DNA from: Trueperaceae bacterium
GTDB taxonomy: Bacteria; Deinococcota; Deinococci; Deinococcales; Trueperaceae
Direction: 5' to 3'
DNA: 64,000 nucleotides
Assembly: GCA_965213705.1 (NCBI GenBank)
Contig: OZ243913.1
Span: 3,584,001 to 3,648,000 of the forward strand
Positions 9,298-18,693 of this stretch are shown in pieces. The notes under the pieces were generated by a model that searched no databases, was not told where the DNA came from, and worked only from the letters and a program-made list of their open reading frames with translations. How positions within the stretch are numbered: the first letter of the stretch is position 1; each line of letters opens with the position of its first letter. The position numbers and the translations under genes were made by a program.

Positions 9298-9915
9298 CTA
9301 AAACTGCGGTTTGCGGAGCACGAGCGACTGAAAATGAAACCCCACCCCGCGCTCGGTTTGAACTTGCCGAAAGTAGACTGTTTCGAAAGCTCGGCCGACG
9401 CGTTTCAGCAAGTCCCGGTCCGTGTAGTAGGCAAAAAAGCGTTTGGGCTCGAGTGGGTCGTCCGGCCACACGCCTTCGAAGTCATGGCCGCCGTAGACGC
9501 CCAGGTAGAAAAGCCCGCCCGGTTTCAATACGCGGCGAACACCTTTCAAAACGTCCGGCAAGTCTTTTTTGGGCGTGTGCAGTAAAGAGTTCAGGGCGAA
9601 CACGGCGTCGAAAGAAGCCTCTGGAAAGTCCAGGGCCATAAAGTCCATAACCTGCGCCCTGAGTCCTTTCGCCCTGCACAGCCGCACCATCTCGGGTGAG
9701 AGGTCGGTCACGGTAACTTCCAAACCGTTGCGCTTGAAAAACAGGGCGTCCCGGCCGGGGCCTGCACCGAGTTCGAGCAGCGTCTTTTTCTTCGCAGCTT
9801 GCAACATGTCTAAAAAACGCCTGCGCTCCTCGACTTTCCAGGCCGAAGCTTTTACGGCGTCGCGGTCCTGGGCGGTTTTGTCGTAAGTGCTGCGCAGTTT
9901 GGTCGGGTCGTACAT
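9298..9915 (-). CDS. Class I SAM-dependent methyltransferase
   Basis: LLELGAGPG motif I, FDAVFA, VLKPGG. Confidence 0.88.
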   Translation of the reverse strand: MYDPTKLRSTYDKTAQDRDAVKASAWKVEERRRFLDMLQAAKKKTLLELGAGPGRDALFFKRNGLEVTVTDLSPEMVRLCRAKGLRAQVMDFMALDFPEASFDAVFALNSLLHTPKKDLPDVLKGVRRVLKPGGLFYLGVYGGHDFEGVWPDDPLEPKRFFAYYTDRDLLKRVGRAFETVYFRQVQTERGVGFHFQSLVLRKPQF

Positions 9916-9946
9916 TTGGCCTTAAAGCTCTTTTACAGACTCGGCG

Positions 9947-10204
9947 TCAAGTCAGGGCGACGCGAACACGCTCGGTAAATGTCTGCCTGCCAGCATCCGG
10001 CTCGGGCAACGCCAAGCCGTCGGCCCGGAGAGTCTCGAGGTAAAGTTGAATCATCTCTTTGACCATCACGCGAGCCTCCTCTAAAGTTTCGCCGTAAGTC
10101 GAACTGTAGTCCAGCGCAGGCACCGTGGCCGTGTAAGCGTTCCCTTCTTTTTCGAAGATGACGGTGTAGCCGTATTCGTGGTTGTCAACCATGTTGTCGG
10201 CCAT
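9947..10204 (-). CDS. hicB: HicB family antitoxin (no adjacent hicA)
   Basis: YTVIFEKE..AYTATVPALD..STYGETLEEAR.MVKEMI.LYLE..DG.ALPEP pattern; AGGAGG RBS. Confidence 0.8.
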   Translation of the reverse strand: MADNMVDNHEYGYTVIFEKEGNAYTATVPALDYSSTYGETLEEARVMVKEMIQLYLETLRADGLALPEPDAGRQTFTERVRVALT

Positions 10205-10281
10205 GCGAACCTCCTGACGGGCTGCGGTTTACTCTAGCATTCTTACGCAAATCCCGTTCCCGAAGTTCTTTGTTCTTTTTT

Positions 10282-10374
10282 GTCCTTGCGAGAAGCGGCC
10301 CAAGAGCGACGAGGCAACTTGGGTTTGCGTGAGGCGCGTACTTTGGGAAATTGCTTCGCTGCGCTCGCAAGGAC
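10282..10374. repeat. Palindromic miniature repeat element (BoxC/RPE-like)
   Basis: 11-bp terminal inverted repeat GTCCTTGCGAG...CTCGCAAGGAC with internal GAGGCAAC/ATTGCTTCGCTGCGCTCGC, matching the TGTCATTGCGAG..GCAATC/GATTGCTTCG..CTCGCAATGAC repeat class. Confidence 0.65.
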
Positions 10375-10463
10375 GGTAGCGCGTAAGGTGAATGGCATCG
10401 TCTTCTTTTCGTTCCGTTTCTTTTCTTACTCCCCTTCTCACACCGGCCTCGGTATACTGCGCT

Positions 10464-11534
10464 GTGCTCGGACCCAAGCTCGCGCGTTACGTTGTTCGTG
10501 AAACGTTTTGGCTGTACCTGCTGGGCTTGGCGGCCTTTTGGTTGCTGCTGTCCATCGACACGCTCGTGACCTACTCGAACTTTTTGATTTACTACAGCGC
10601 TTCCCTGGGACAGGTCGGACAACTCATGCTTTACAAACTGCCCTACATCCTGCACATCGCGCTGCCGGTGGCGCTCGTCTTTGCGGTGCTCTTGGCGACC
10701 GGGCGCTTGGCGAAAGACTCCGAACTCAAGGCGACCTACGCCGCCGGGGTACCGCCGCTAAGATTGCTCACGCCGCTGATTTTGTTCGGTTTGGTGGTGA
10801 GCCTCGTCGCGGTTTTGAACAACGGTTTTTTAGAACCTTTAGGGGTCGAGGCCGAGGACGCACTCGTCAACAGTTTTTACTACGACCGGCCCCCCGCCGA
10901 GTTGCAGACCAACGTGGCTTACCGCGTGCCCGACCTGGGCGTGTTTTACGCGGGCCGTGTTCAAGCCGACGAAAACGACCCCAACCGCGCTTCGCTAAGC
11001 GGCGTGCTCGTCATCCAAAACGACGGGACCACCGTGACCGCGCCGGAGGGTGTGTGGAACAGCGAGCGGGGCGAGCAAACCTGGACGCTGCAAGACGCGC
11101 AAGTTACCGAGCTGGAGGGCGCGCCCGCGCTCAGCCCCGAACTCACCCTGCCTTTCAGCAGCGACGCCGCGGCGAGCGAAAGCTTGACCAGCAGCGACCA
11201 GCTCACTTTAGCCGAACTCGCGCGGCGTTTGGGCGCGGCGCGCGCTTCGGGTGGCGAGACGCGCGACCTCACTTTTACGCTACACCGCCGTTTGGCGGAC
11301 GCCTTCGGCGCGGTGATTTTTGCGCTCATCGCGGGCGCGCTCGGGCTGACGCTGCACGGCCGCTCGGCGGGCTTTGGCTGGACGATTGTGCTTATCGTCG
11401 TGTTTTACGTGCTGTGGACCCTGTCCGGCAACTTTTTCGAGCAGCGCGTGCTGCCGCCCGTCATCGCCGCGTGGCTCACGAGCGCGGTGGTGGGCGTGCT
11501 GGGCATGGTCGTCGCTTGGCGCAGGCTTCGGTAA
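10464..11534 (+). CDS. LptF/LptG family permease
   Basis: LARYVVRE, LP..L.IALPVAL, RLAKDSELKA..AAG motifs; 3+3 TM layout. GTG start follows a TATACT -10. Confidence 0.85.
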   Translation: MLGPKLARYVVRETFWLYLLGLAAFWLLLSIDTLVTYSNFLIYYSASLGQVGQLMLYKLPYILHIALPVALVFAVLLATGRLAKDSELKATYAAGVPPLRLLTPLILFGLVVSLVAVLNNGFLEPLGVEAEDALVNSFYYDRPPAELQTNVAYRVPDLGVFYAGRVQADENDPNRASLSGVLVIQNDGTTVTAPEGVWNSERGEQTWTLQDAQVTELEGAPALSPELTLPFSSDAAASESLTSSDQLTLAELARRLGAARASGGETRDLTFTLHRRLADAFGAVIFALIAGALGLTLHGRSAGFGWTIVLIVVFYVLWTLSGNFFEQRVLPPVIAAWLTSAVVGVLGMVVAWRRLR

Positions 11535-11550
11535 GCGTGTCGAGGCAACC

Positions 11551-12621
11551 ATGACAAAGCGTTTCAGCCTCTACCTTTTTCGCGAAATCCTGCCGCTCTA
11601 CGGTGCCGGGCTTGTCGCGCTGCTGCTGCTCCTGCTGGGGCTGTTTTTTGTGACCTTTTTGGCCGACATCATCGCTCGAGGGGCGCCGCCCGCGTTGGTC
11701 GCGCAGTTTTTGCTCTACAAACTGCCGGGCGCGGCCGGGCGCGGTATCCCGCTAGCGCTGCTGTTCGCGGCGCTCCTGGGACTGACCCGGCTGGTTCAGG
11801 ACAGCGAGGTCAAGGCGGCCTTGCTGTTGGGCCTGAGCCCGCGCCAGTTCACGGTGCCGCTGCTCTTGTTGGGCTTGTCGGTGAGCGCGGTGAGTTTCAT
11901 CGTCAACGAGTCGGTGATTCCCTGGAGCGAGGCGCGGGCCGCCGAGGTGCAAAAAGACATCCTCATTCGCAGCCCGGAAAGCTTTTTGGAAGAGGGCAGC
12001 TTTTTTACCGACTCGCTCGGCCGGAGCGTGTTTATCGAGGCGCTGGCCCCCGGCGGGCGCTTTCGCAACGTCACGGTGATTCAGTCGGGCGGCGCGCAAG
12101 GCCCGCGCGAGGTCGTGCAGGCGCAGGGCGGCACCCTAGACGAGGCGGCCGGAGTGTGGGACTTGGAGGGCATTGAGTTTACGACCTACCGCAACAGCCG
12201 CGTGGTCCTGGACGCGACCGCCGAACGCGCGACGCTGCCGGTGCGCGAACTCGCCGCCGGGACGAACGCCACGCCCGAACTTGTCTACTTGCCGCTACGC
12301 ACCCTGCTGTCGCGGTTGCGCGACCCGGCGGGCGAAAAAAATGCCGAGTGGACCGCGTTTCACCGCAAGTTTGCCGAGCCGCTGGCGGCTACCGCGTTCG
12401 CGCTGTTCGCGCTCGCCATCGGCTTGGTGAGCTTTCGCCGCAACGCCTCGCTCGGACTCGTGGCGGTGCTGTTTTTGACGTTTGTTTACTACGCGACCTG
12501 GGCCGTCGCCAACTCACTCGGCGCGCAAGGGACGGTTCCGGCTTGGGTGGCGGGCTGGCTGCCGGTATTTTTGTACGCCGCCGCGGGGGTGGGTCTGCTC
12601 GCCGTCTCGTGGAGACGCTGA
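11551..12621 (+). CDS. LptF/LptG family permease
   Basis: KRFSLYLFRE, RLVQDSEVKA, FHRKFAEPLA and AGWLP motifs. Confidence 0.85.
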   Translation: MTKRFSLYLFREILPLYGAGLVALLLLLLGLFFVTFLADIIARGAPPALVAQFLLYKLPGAAGRGIPLALLFAALLGLTRLVQDSEVKAALLLGLSPRQFTVPLLLLGLSVSAVSFIVNESVIPWSEARAAEVQKDILIRSPESFLEEGSFFTDSLGRSVFIEALAPGGRFRNVTVIQSGGAQGPREVVQAQGGTLDEAAGVWDLEGIEFTTYRNSRVVLDATAERATLPVRELAAGTNATPELVYLPLRTLLSRLRDPAGEKNAEWTAFHRKFAEPLAATAFALFALAIGLVSFRRNASLGLVAVLFLTFVYYATWAVANSLGAQGTVPAWVAGWLPVFLYAAAGVGLLAVSWRR

Positions 12622-15618
12622 GTGAGGACGCTTGGCATATGGCTCGTCTTGCTACTGAGCGGTCTGGCCTTCGGCGAAAAAATCACCATCTCGACTGAGA
12701 AAGGTGACGCGGCAAGCCAGTTGGAGGTCCGTAACCTCACCCTGCCGGACGGCCAAGAGGTGGAATACTACGTGGTCAAGGGCTCGCCCGTGACCGTGAC
12801 CATCGACGACCAGCAGCTGATTGCCGACGAGGTCGAAATCGACTTTACCAACAAGCTCGTGCGGGTGGTGGGCTTCGGGACGTTTAAGTCCGCGGACGAG
12901 ACCATCGCCGGGAACGACCTCGTCGTCGAATTGGAGGACCAGACCTTCAACGGCAAGGACGTGCTCATCGTCACCGAGGCCATCGACGTGCTCGGGGTCG
13001 ACGCGTCGCGGGTGCCGGGACAAATCGACGTGCTGAGCGGGCGCTTCAGCCCCTGCAGCCGCTGCAACCAAAAAGTGCAGGACTACGGCTTTCGGGCTGC
13101 GCGGCTCGAGCTGTACCCCGGCGACCGTCTCGTGGCTTTCGAAGTCACAGTGGTCATTCGCGAGGTGCCCGTGCTGCTGCTGCCGCTCCTCGTTATTCCC
13201 CTGGCCCCGCCCGACCGGCAGCCGCGGCTCAGCATTACGCAAGGTTCGGCGACGGCGCGCGCCAACGTCTTCGTCGACCTGCCCTACGTGGCCGGGCCGA
13301 ACGCCCTTGGCACCTTTTCGGTGCGCTACTACGCTGATATTTTGCCGGGCGAGGGCAACTTGTTTACCAACGGTTTGTTGGGCGGGCGCACGACCACGAG
13401 CTACTTAGGCGGCGGCGTCAACCACCGCTTTTACACCGAGACCGGTCAGGGCCGCGTGGACTTTTTTTACGTGCCCTCTTTCGTCCTTTACGACGCGGAC
13501 CGCGTGCCCGTCGGCAAGACGCGCGACGAGGTGACCTTTCGGGTGCGCTACGACACCGCCGACGAACTTTTCGACGAGCCCGGCGTCGTCTCGGTCGCGG
13601 CCTTTGCCGAACGCGACGACGAGCGCCGCCAGCGTTTGGTCGAGTACGGCGCGGCGGCGAGCACGAGCGTCGCCGGTTTCGGCGTGACGCTCAGTACGAC
13701 CGGCTTTTTCGACCTCGACCGCGACGACGACGTCGCCGAACCCGCTTACGACGGCAGCGACGTGCCGCTGCGCACCTACGGGCGCGTCGAACTCGAATCC
13801 GAAACGGACCAGTTCAGCGTGGGGCCGTTTCGGCTCAGCGCGTCCAGACTGGACTTCGGCGTGTTCGAAGACCAGAGCAACCCGACGAACCGCAGCGCCG
13901 CGGCCACGCCCCGCGTCAGCGGCGGGCGGCTGCTCGCGGGCTACACGCTCAGCTTAGAGCCGCTTACGCCCTGGACGGGCTTTAGCGTGTCGGCGCGCAG
14001 CGACTTTAGCGGCCGGTACTACACGACGCGAAACCCGGGCGGCGGCGGTGAGCGCTTGCTCGACTGGTACACGCAGTTCGACGTCAACCAAAACCTGAGC
14101 TTCGGCAACTTCGGCGTCAGTTTCGTGCGCGACATCAACGAGGGCGAAACACCGTTTTTGTTCGACAGCCTGTACAACCTGGGCAACGTGGTACGCCTCG
14201 ACGCCGACCTGCAACTCGACCCCGCTCCGTGGCTCAGCTTTTCGTCGCGCGGCGGCTACGTGTTCGTGTTCGAAAATCGTCCGGACGCGACCGGCTTGGA
14301 ACCCCTTATCACCGACCTCACCTTGTTCGGCAACACAAGCTGGTTCAGCGTCACCTTTCAAAACACCTTCGATTTTCGTGAACAAGACCCCGGCACGCTG
14401 CTGACCCGCGTCGCGCTACGCTCGCCCGAACCAAGCCTGGCCGCTTCGCTTACCGTAACGTACGTCGCCGACTTCGACCCGCTGGACGTCCGCGGCGAGC
14501 GCGACAACGAAAGTGAACTCGTGTTCGAAATAGACTACGGTTTGCCGCCTTTTTTCGCCCTGGACTTTTTGGGCGGTTACACCTTCGAGCCGCCGCTGCC
14601 TTTAGAGGACGAACGACCCGCCTACTACCAGCCGTTCGTGCTCGGCCTCACCCTGGGCACGCTCGACTTGGGCGACGCGGTGCCGGGTTTGCGCTTCAGC
14701 TACGCGCGCGACTTAAACGACCGCGAAACCGAGCGCGTGGGGTTCGAATTCGGCGCGACCGTCGAACCCTTCGAGGTCACCTTGGTCCAGCGCTTCGACT
14801 TTCAGCGGGCCAGGGACGGTCTAACCAGCGACGTGCCGAGTTCGCCCTGGCAAGACAGCAGCTTGCGCGTAAGGTGGCGCGGCGTGGCGGCGCTGGAACT
14901 TACCGGCTATCCCCTCATCCCGCCCGAACTCCTCGGCCTGGAGTATAACCCCGACACGCGTGAGACCTACGGCGTGGCCTTTACCGACGACCTGACCGAC
15001 CAGGAGATAGACTGGCGACTGAGCTACGGCACCACGCGCAACCCGACGTTGAATGAGAACGCGGGCGGGTTTGAAAACTCAGGGCTCGAGCTGCGCGGCT
15101 CGGTGCAGAACGTGGCGACGCCCGCCTTTCAGTTCGGCGTCGAGCTGCTAGCCAACGTAGCGTTGGCCGACGACGCGCAGCCGGAGGCTTACTTGCGCAA
15201 CCTCAACTTGAGTCTGGCGACGAGCCTGTTCGGCGTCGTCGGGGTGCAGGGCGCGCTCCGCTATGACGGGGTTTACAACCGGACGCTCGGTGAGCTGAGC
15301 ACGAGCCGGCTCACCATCGGCGACGTGGCGTTTTCGGTCAAGTTTTTCGACCAGCTTTATGTAGGCGCACTGTTCAACGACGTATGGGACTTTACCAACA
15401 CCGACCCCGCCCAGAGCCCTTACACGTTTCAACCTGAGTTGCGCGTCGTTTGGGACCGCTGCTGCTGGGCACTCTACGCGAGCCTGGACACAAAGACGGG
15501 CGCGGTCTCGTTTACCCTGACGACGCCCGGCGCGGACCGCGGCTTCAGCCAGGGTTTCGACAGCGGCTTTACTTTTCCTCGAGCCCTGCTCGACACCCCA
15601 CTAGGAGGCATCCCGTGA
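12622..15618 (+). CDS. lptD: LptD/OstA-like outer-membrane protein, 998 aa
   Basis: Signal peptide, N-terminal jellyroll-like region (LIADEVEID..LVRVVG), FSPCSRC, VPVLLLP, C-terminal RCCWA; follows two lptF/G genes. Confidence 0.65.
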   Translation: MRTLGIWLVLLLSGLAFGEKITISTEKGDAASQLEVRNLTLPDGQEVEYYVVKGSPVTVTIDDQQLIADEVEIDFTNKLVRVVGFGTFKSADETIAGNDLVVELEDQTFNGKDVLIVTEAIDVLGVDASRVPGQIDVLSGRFSPCSRCNQKVQDYGFRAARLELYPGDRLVAFEVTVVIREVPVLLLPLLVIPLAPPDRQPRLSITQGSATARANVFVDLPYVAGPNALGTFSVRYYADILPGEGNLFTNGLLGGRTTTSYLGGGVNHRFYTETGQGRVDFFYVPSFVLYDADRVPVGKTRDEVTFRVRYDTADELFDEPGVVSVAAFAERDDERRQRLVEYGAAASTSVAGFGVTLSTTGFFDLDRDDDVAEPAYDGSDVPLRTYGRVELESETDQFSVGPFRLSASRLDFGVFEDQSNPTNRSAAATPRVSGGRLLAGYTLSLEPLTPWTGFSVSARSDFSGRYYTTRNPGGGGERLLDWYTQFDVNQNLSFGNFGVSFVRDINEGETPFLFDSLYNLGNVVRLDADLQLDPAPWLSFSSRGGYVFVFENRPDATGLEPLITDLTLFGNTSWFSVTFQNTFDFREQDPGTLLTRVALRSPEPSLAASLTVTYVADFDPLDVRGERDNESELVFEIDYGLPPFFALDFLGGYTFEPPLPLEDERPAYYQPFVLGLTLGTLDLGDAVPGLRFSYARDLNDRETERVGFEFGATVEPFEVTLVQRFDFQRARDGLTSDVPSSPWQDSSLRVRWRGVAALELTGYPLIPPELLGLEYNPDTRETYGVAFTDDLTDQEIDWRLSYGTTRNPTLNENAGGFENSGLELRGSVQNVATPAFQFGVELLANVALADDAQPEAYLRNLNLSLATSLFGVVGVQGALRYDGVYNRTLGELSTSRLTIGDVAFSVKFFDQLYVGALFNDVWDFTNTDPAQSPYTFQPELRVVWDRCCWALYASLDTKTGAVSFTLTTPGADRGFSQGFDSGFTFPRALLDTPLGGIP

Positions 15619-16787
15619 AAAAGCTGTCCACCTGTCTCGCCCTGTGCGCCTCGGTCTTTTTGAGCGCCTGCACGGGCACTTCGGAAGAACGTTTGCCGAC
15701 CCTGCTCGCGGTTTCTTTGGGCGGCTCGGCGCAGCCCCAAGTCGCGCTGGTGCGCACCACCCTGACGACGAGCGAAGAGGCCCAGGGGGGCTTCGCCGTG
15801 CTCGAGAACAGCCGCCGCGCCCTGGCTGCGCCCGCCGTCGACTTTGCCGTGACCGAGCGCAACGGGTCGCGGAGCGAACTCGTCGTGCTGAGCAGCGCCG
15901 GCGGCGCGACGCCCAACACCGAGGTGGACGGCAGCGCGGTCTACCTCAACTTTTTCAGTTTGCAAGGCGTCGACGCGGCTTCGCCGGACGCTTTTGCGCC
16001 CACTCGAGCGCAGCGCACGCTGGGCAGTTTTACGAGCGCACCGGCGAGCTTTTGCCCGGAAGCCGTGCAAACGAGCCGCACCGGGCGTTACGTGGTCGTT
16101 TTCAACGCTTCACGGTGTGGGAGCGCCGCCTCTCTCGACCTTTTCGACACACAGACCAACCGGGCGCTGCCGCGTCTGACCGGCGGCACCTTCGGTCTGG
16201 TAGACGCGCCGCCCTACCTAGACCAACAGGCCGACACGCTTTACTACTTGCAGCAAAAAGTCAGCACCGCCGACCTCATCGCCGTGCGGCTTACCGACAT
16301 AGGCAACGGCGCGGACGTCGACTTTCCGGCCACGACCCTCGCGACCTTGCCCGACCGCGACCAGAGAGGGTTGACGCAGGTCGGCACCACCCTTTTAGCG
16401 CTGTACCCGAGCAGCTTTTTGAGCGTGCCCATAGCGACGCCCACCCAAAACGTCCTGGTCGACACGCTGTCCGACAGTCGGCGTTTTATCGACAACTTAT
16501 CGCCGTTCGAAACGTCGGTCCTTATCCTGGGCGACAACCGTTTGACCGTCCACAGGTTGCTCGACGACGCGGACGAGCAAAGCACGCCAGTTACCGTGAC
16601 GAGCGCGACGTACGACCCCTTGGAGCGGTTCGTCTATCTAGTGGGCGACCGGCAAATCACCCGCTTCGACCTGCTGCGTTACGACGGCGACTTTTCAGGG
16701 TTGTTGCGGACCTTTGAAGTGGTTGACCTCGTGCAGCCCGGTCCGGTCACCTGGTTCAAGGGGGTGGTGCCGGTGAGTGCGCCTTGA
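15615..16787 (+). CDS. Hypothetical lipoprotein, possibly beta-propeller
   Basis: GTG 15615 after AGGAGG, overlapping the lptD stop; lipobox LSAC; beta-rich repeats. Confidence 0.7.
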   Translation: MKKLSTCLALCASVFLSACTGTSEERLPTLLAVSLGGSAQPQVALVRTTLTTSEEAQGGFAVLENSRRALAAPAVDFAVTERNGSRSELVVLSSAGGATPNTEVDGSAVYLNFFSLQGVDAASPDAFAPTRAQRTLGSFTSAPASFCPEAVQTSRTGRYVVVFNASRCGSAASLDLFDTQTNRALPRLTGGTFGLVDAPPYLDQQADTLYYLQQKVSTADLIAVRLTDIGNGADVDFPATTLATLPDRDQRGLTQVGTTLLALYPSSFLSVPIATPTQNVLVDTLSDSRRFIDNLSPFETSVLILGDNRLTVHRLLDDADEQSTPVTVTSATYDPLERFVYLVGDRQITRFDLLRYDGDFSGLLRTFEVVDLVQPGPVTWFKGVVPVSAP

Positions 16788-16832
16788 ATCCGGTCGGCTG
16801 CGCTTGCCTCGCCACAAGCGGGCGTCCCCGTA

Positions 16833-17834
16833 TCAGGGCGCGGGCGCAGGCTCGAGCCGTTCCAAACCCGCCGCGATTTTGCCGACCAGGTCGGTCTGAA
16901 CCGCTTTTGAAGCGTTCCGCAGCGCGTTCTGCACCGCGCGCGCGTCCGAACTGCCGTGGCCGATAAACGCGTAACCGTTTACCCCCAACAGCGGCTGCGC
17001 CCCGACCTCGCCGGGGTCCATCTTGGCGGCGATGCCGCGCAAAATCGGTTTGACGAGGCCCGCCCCGAGCTTGACGAGCGGGCCGCTCGCTTGGACCGCC
17101 TCTTTGATCCAGCGAAACAGCTCGCGCGCTTCGCCCTCGGCGAGTTTGAGGACGACGTTGCCGGTAAAGCCGTCGGTGACGACCACATGCGTCGTCGCCC
17201 TGAACAGGTCGCGCCCTTCGACGTTGCCGTAAAAGTTGATGCCGGGAGTCGTCTTGAGCAGCGCGTAGGCTTCGCGGGTGAGGTCGTTGCCTTTGCCCTC
17301 TTCTTCACCGATGGACATCAAACCCACGGTGGGCTGCTCGGCAGCGTAGAAGGCTTTTGCATACACGCTGCCCATAATCGCGAACTGCTGCAGGTGCACG
17401 GGGCGGCAGTCGGCGTTCGCGCCCGCGTCTATCAAAGCGACGTAGCCGTTTTGCACCGGCATGTTGGCGAGAATCGCCGGCCGTTCAACTCCTTTGAGAC
17501 GGCCCAACACCAGCAGCGCCGCCGCCATCGTCGCGCCCGAGTGGCCCATCGACACGGCTGCCGAAGCCTCGCCCGACTTGACTAAGTTCATCGCCACCAT
17601 GATGCTGCTCGCCTTGCGCCGCCGCACGTCCGTGGCGGGCTCGTTCATGCCGATGACGTCCGCGGCGTGAACGACTCCCACCGCGCCGCCGGCCTTGCTC
17701 AGTTCGGCTTGCAAAACGGCCTCGTCGCCGACCAAGATGACAGCGATACCCTCACGCGCTGCGGCGAGCGCCCCCGCCACGGCGGCCTGCGGCATGTGGT
17801 CGCCGCCGGCTGCGTCCAGAGCTATCGGTTTCAT
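16833..17834 (-). CDS. plsX: Phosphate acyltransferase PlsX
   Basis: IALDAAGGDH.P, GVERPAI, DAGAN, IGEEEGKG, GNVEGRD, VVTDGFTGNVVLK, GHGSS. Confidence 0.95.
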   Translation of the reverse strand: MKPIALDAAGGDHMPQAAVAGALAAAREGIAVILVGDEAVLQAELSKAGGAVGVVHAADVIGMNEPATDVRRRKASSIMVAMNLVKSGEASAAVSMGHSGATMAAALLVLGRLKGVERPAILANMPVQNGYVALIDAGANADCRPVHLQQFAIMGSVYAKAFYAAEQPTVGLMSIGEEEGKGNDLTREAYALLKTTPGINFYGNVEGRDLFRATTHVVVTDGFTGNVVLKLAEGEARELFRWIKEAVQASGPLVKLGAGLVKPILRGIAAKMDPGEVGAQPLLGVNGYAFIGHGSSDARAVQNALRNASKAVQTDLVGKIAAGLERLEPAPAP

Positions 17835-18072
17835 GAACGCCAGTATATAAGGTGCAGCAGCCCTCGACCCGCGACGCGACCGGGGGCTGACCTCACGCCT
17901 CGGCTACACCGCGGTTTTAGGGTTCGCAGAAAGGCAAGTCCGGCGTGATGGTCGGCTTCGACAAGTGCGGCACGGTGTTCGTGTTGCTGAGCCCGGTCTT
18001 CGAACGCAAGAAAAAATCGACGCGCAACTGTTCGAGATTGCGAAGGTGTTGGCAATATAAAAGGTTAGACGC

Positions 18073-18645
18073 TCATTTTGGTGAATTCGTTCCGTTGTCT
18101 TTTCCAGTAGCTTTTTCGAGCAAGTGCCAAGATGCTAACTCCCTGAGACTTGGAAACTCGAGCAGGCTGACACGGGTGCCTCGAGCGAAGACAGGTAAAC
18201 GCAAACCCCCTAAAACTCTGAAAGCTTCGACAATTTCTGCAGGCGTCAAACGCATCGTCAAGGTGGCGTGAGGAAACCAGCGGTTTGTTTCGGAGTAACC
18301 GTTCGTCGAGCTGGCATGTTGAAGCATGAATTCCTGAACCCGGCTATGCAGTTCCAAAAGTTCGGCGGTGACGACCGGAGCAACAAAGACGACGCCGTTT
18401 TCGTTGGCAAACGTCGCCAAAGAGGCGAACGTCAGGTCCACCGAAGACGTGTCTCTCAACGCCCGTGACAGCGCTTCGACAAGGCCGTCTACGTTCACGT
18501 CGTTGCCGAAAGACAAGGTTATGTGCGGCGTTGCCGGCTTGTCCAACATGGGATTGGGTAGACCTGCGTCTTTTAGTTTGTGCCAGAGCGAACGAAAAAG
18601 GGTATCTGTTGCGTTGTCAAAAAACAGTTGAAGGACGGCTTGCAT
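18073..18645 (-). CDS. 2H-phosphoesterase (2'-5' RNA ligase family)
   Basis: Two HxT motifs: PHITL and PHATL. Confidence 0.85.
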   Translation of the reverse strand: MQAVLQLFFDNATDTLFRSLWHKLKDAGLPNPMLDKPATPHITLSFGNDVNVDGLVEALSRALRDTSSVDLTFASLATFANENGVVFVAPVVTAELLELHSRVQEFMLQHASSTNGYSETNRWFPHATLTMRLTPAEIVEAFRVLGGLRLPVFARGTRVSLLEFPSLRELASWHLLEKATGKDNGTNSPK

Positions 18646-18693
18646 AAAAGCATCCTAACAGCAGGCACTTTCGTTTTGACTCAGACTAGCTTT

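Noticed and set aside
17835..18072. rpmF (L32) expected upstream of plsX, or a small gene
   Set aside because: No L32-like sequence was found in the minus-strand frames or the ORF track. The short ORFs (17831..18055, 17945..18271) have no recognisable motif; at most an unidentifiable remnant.
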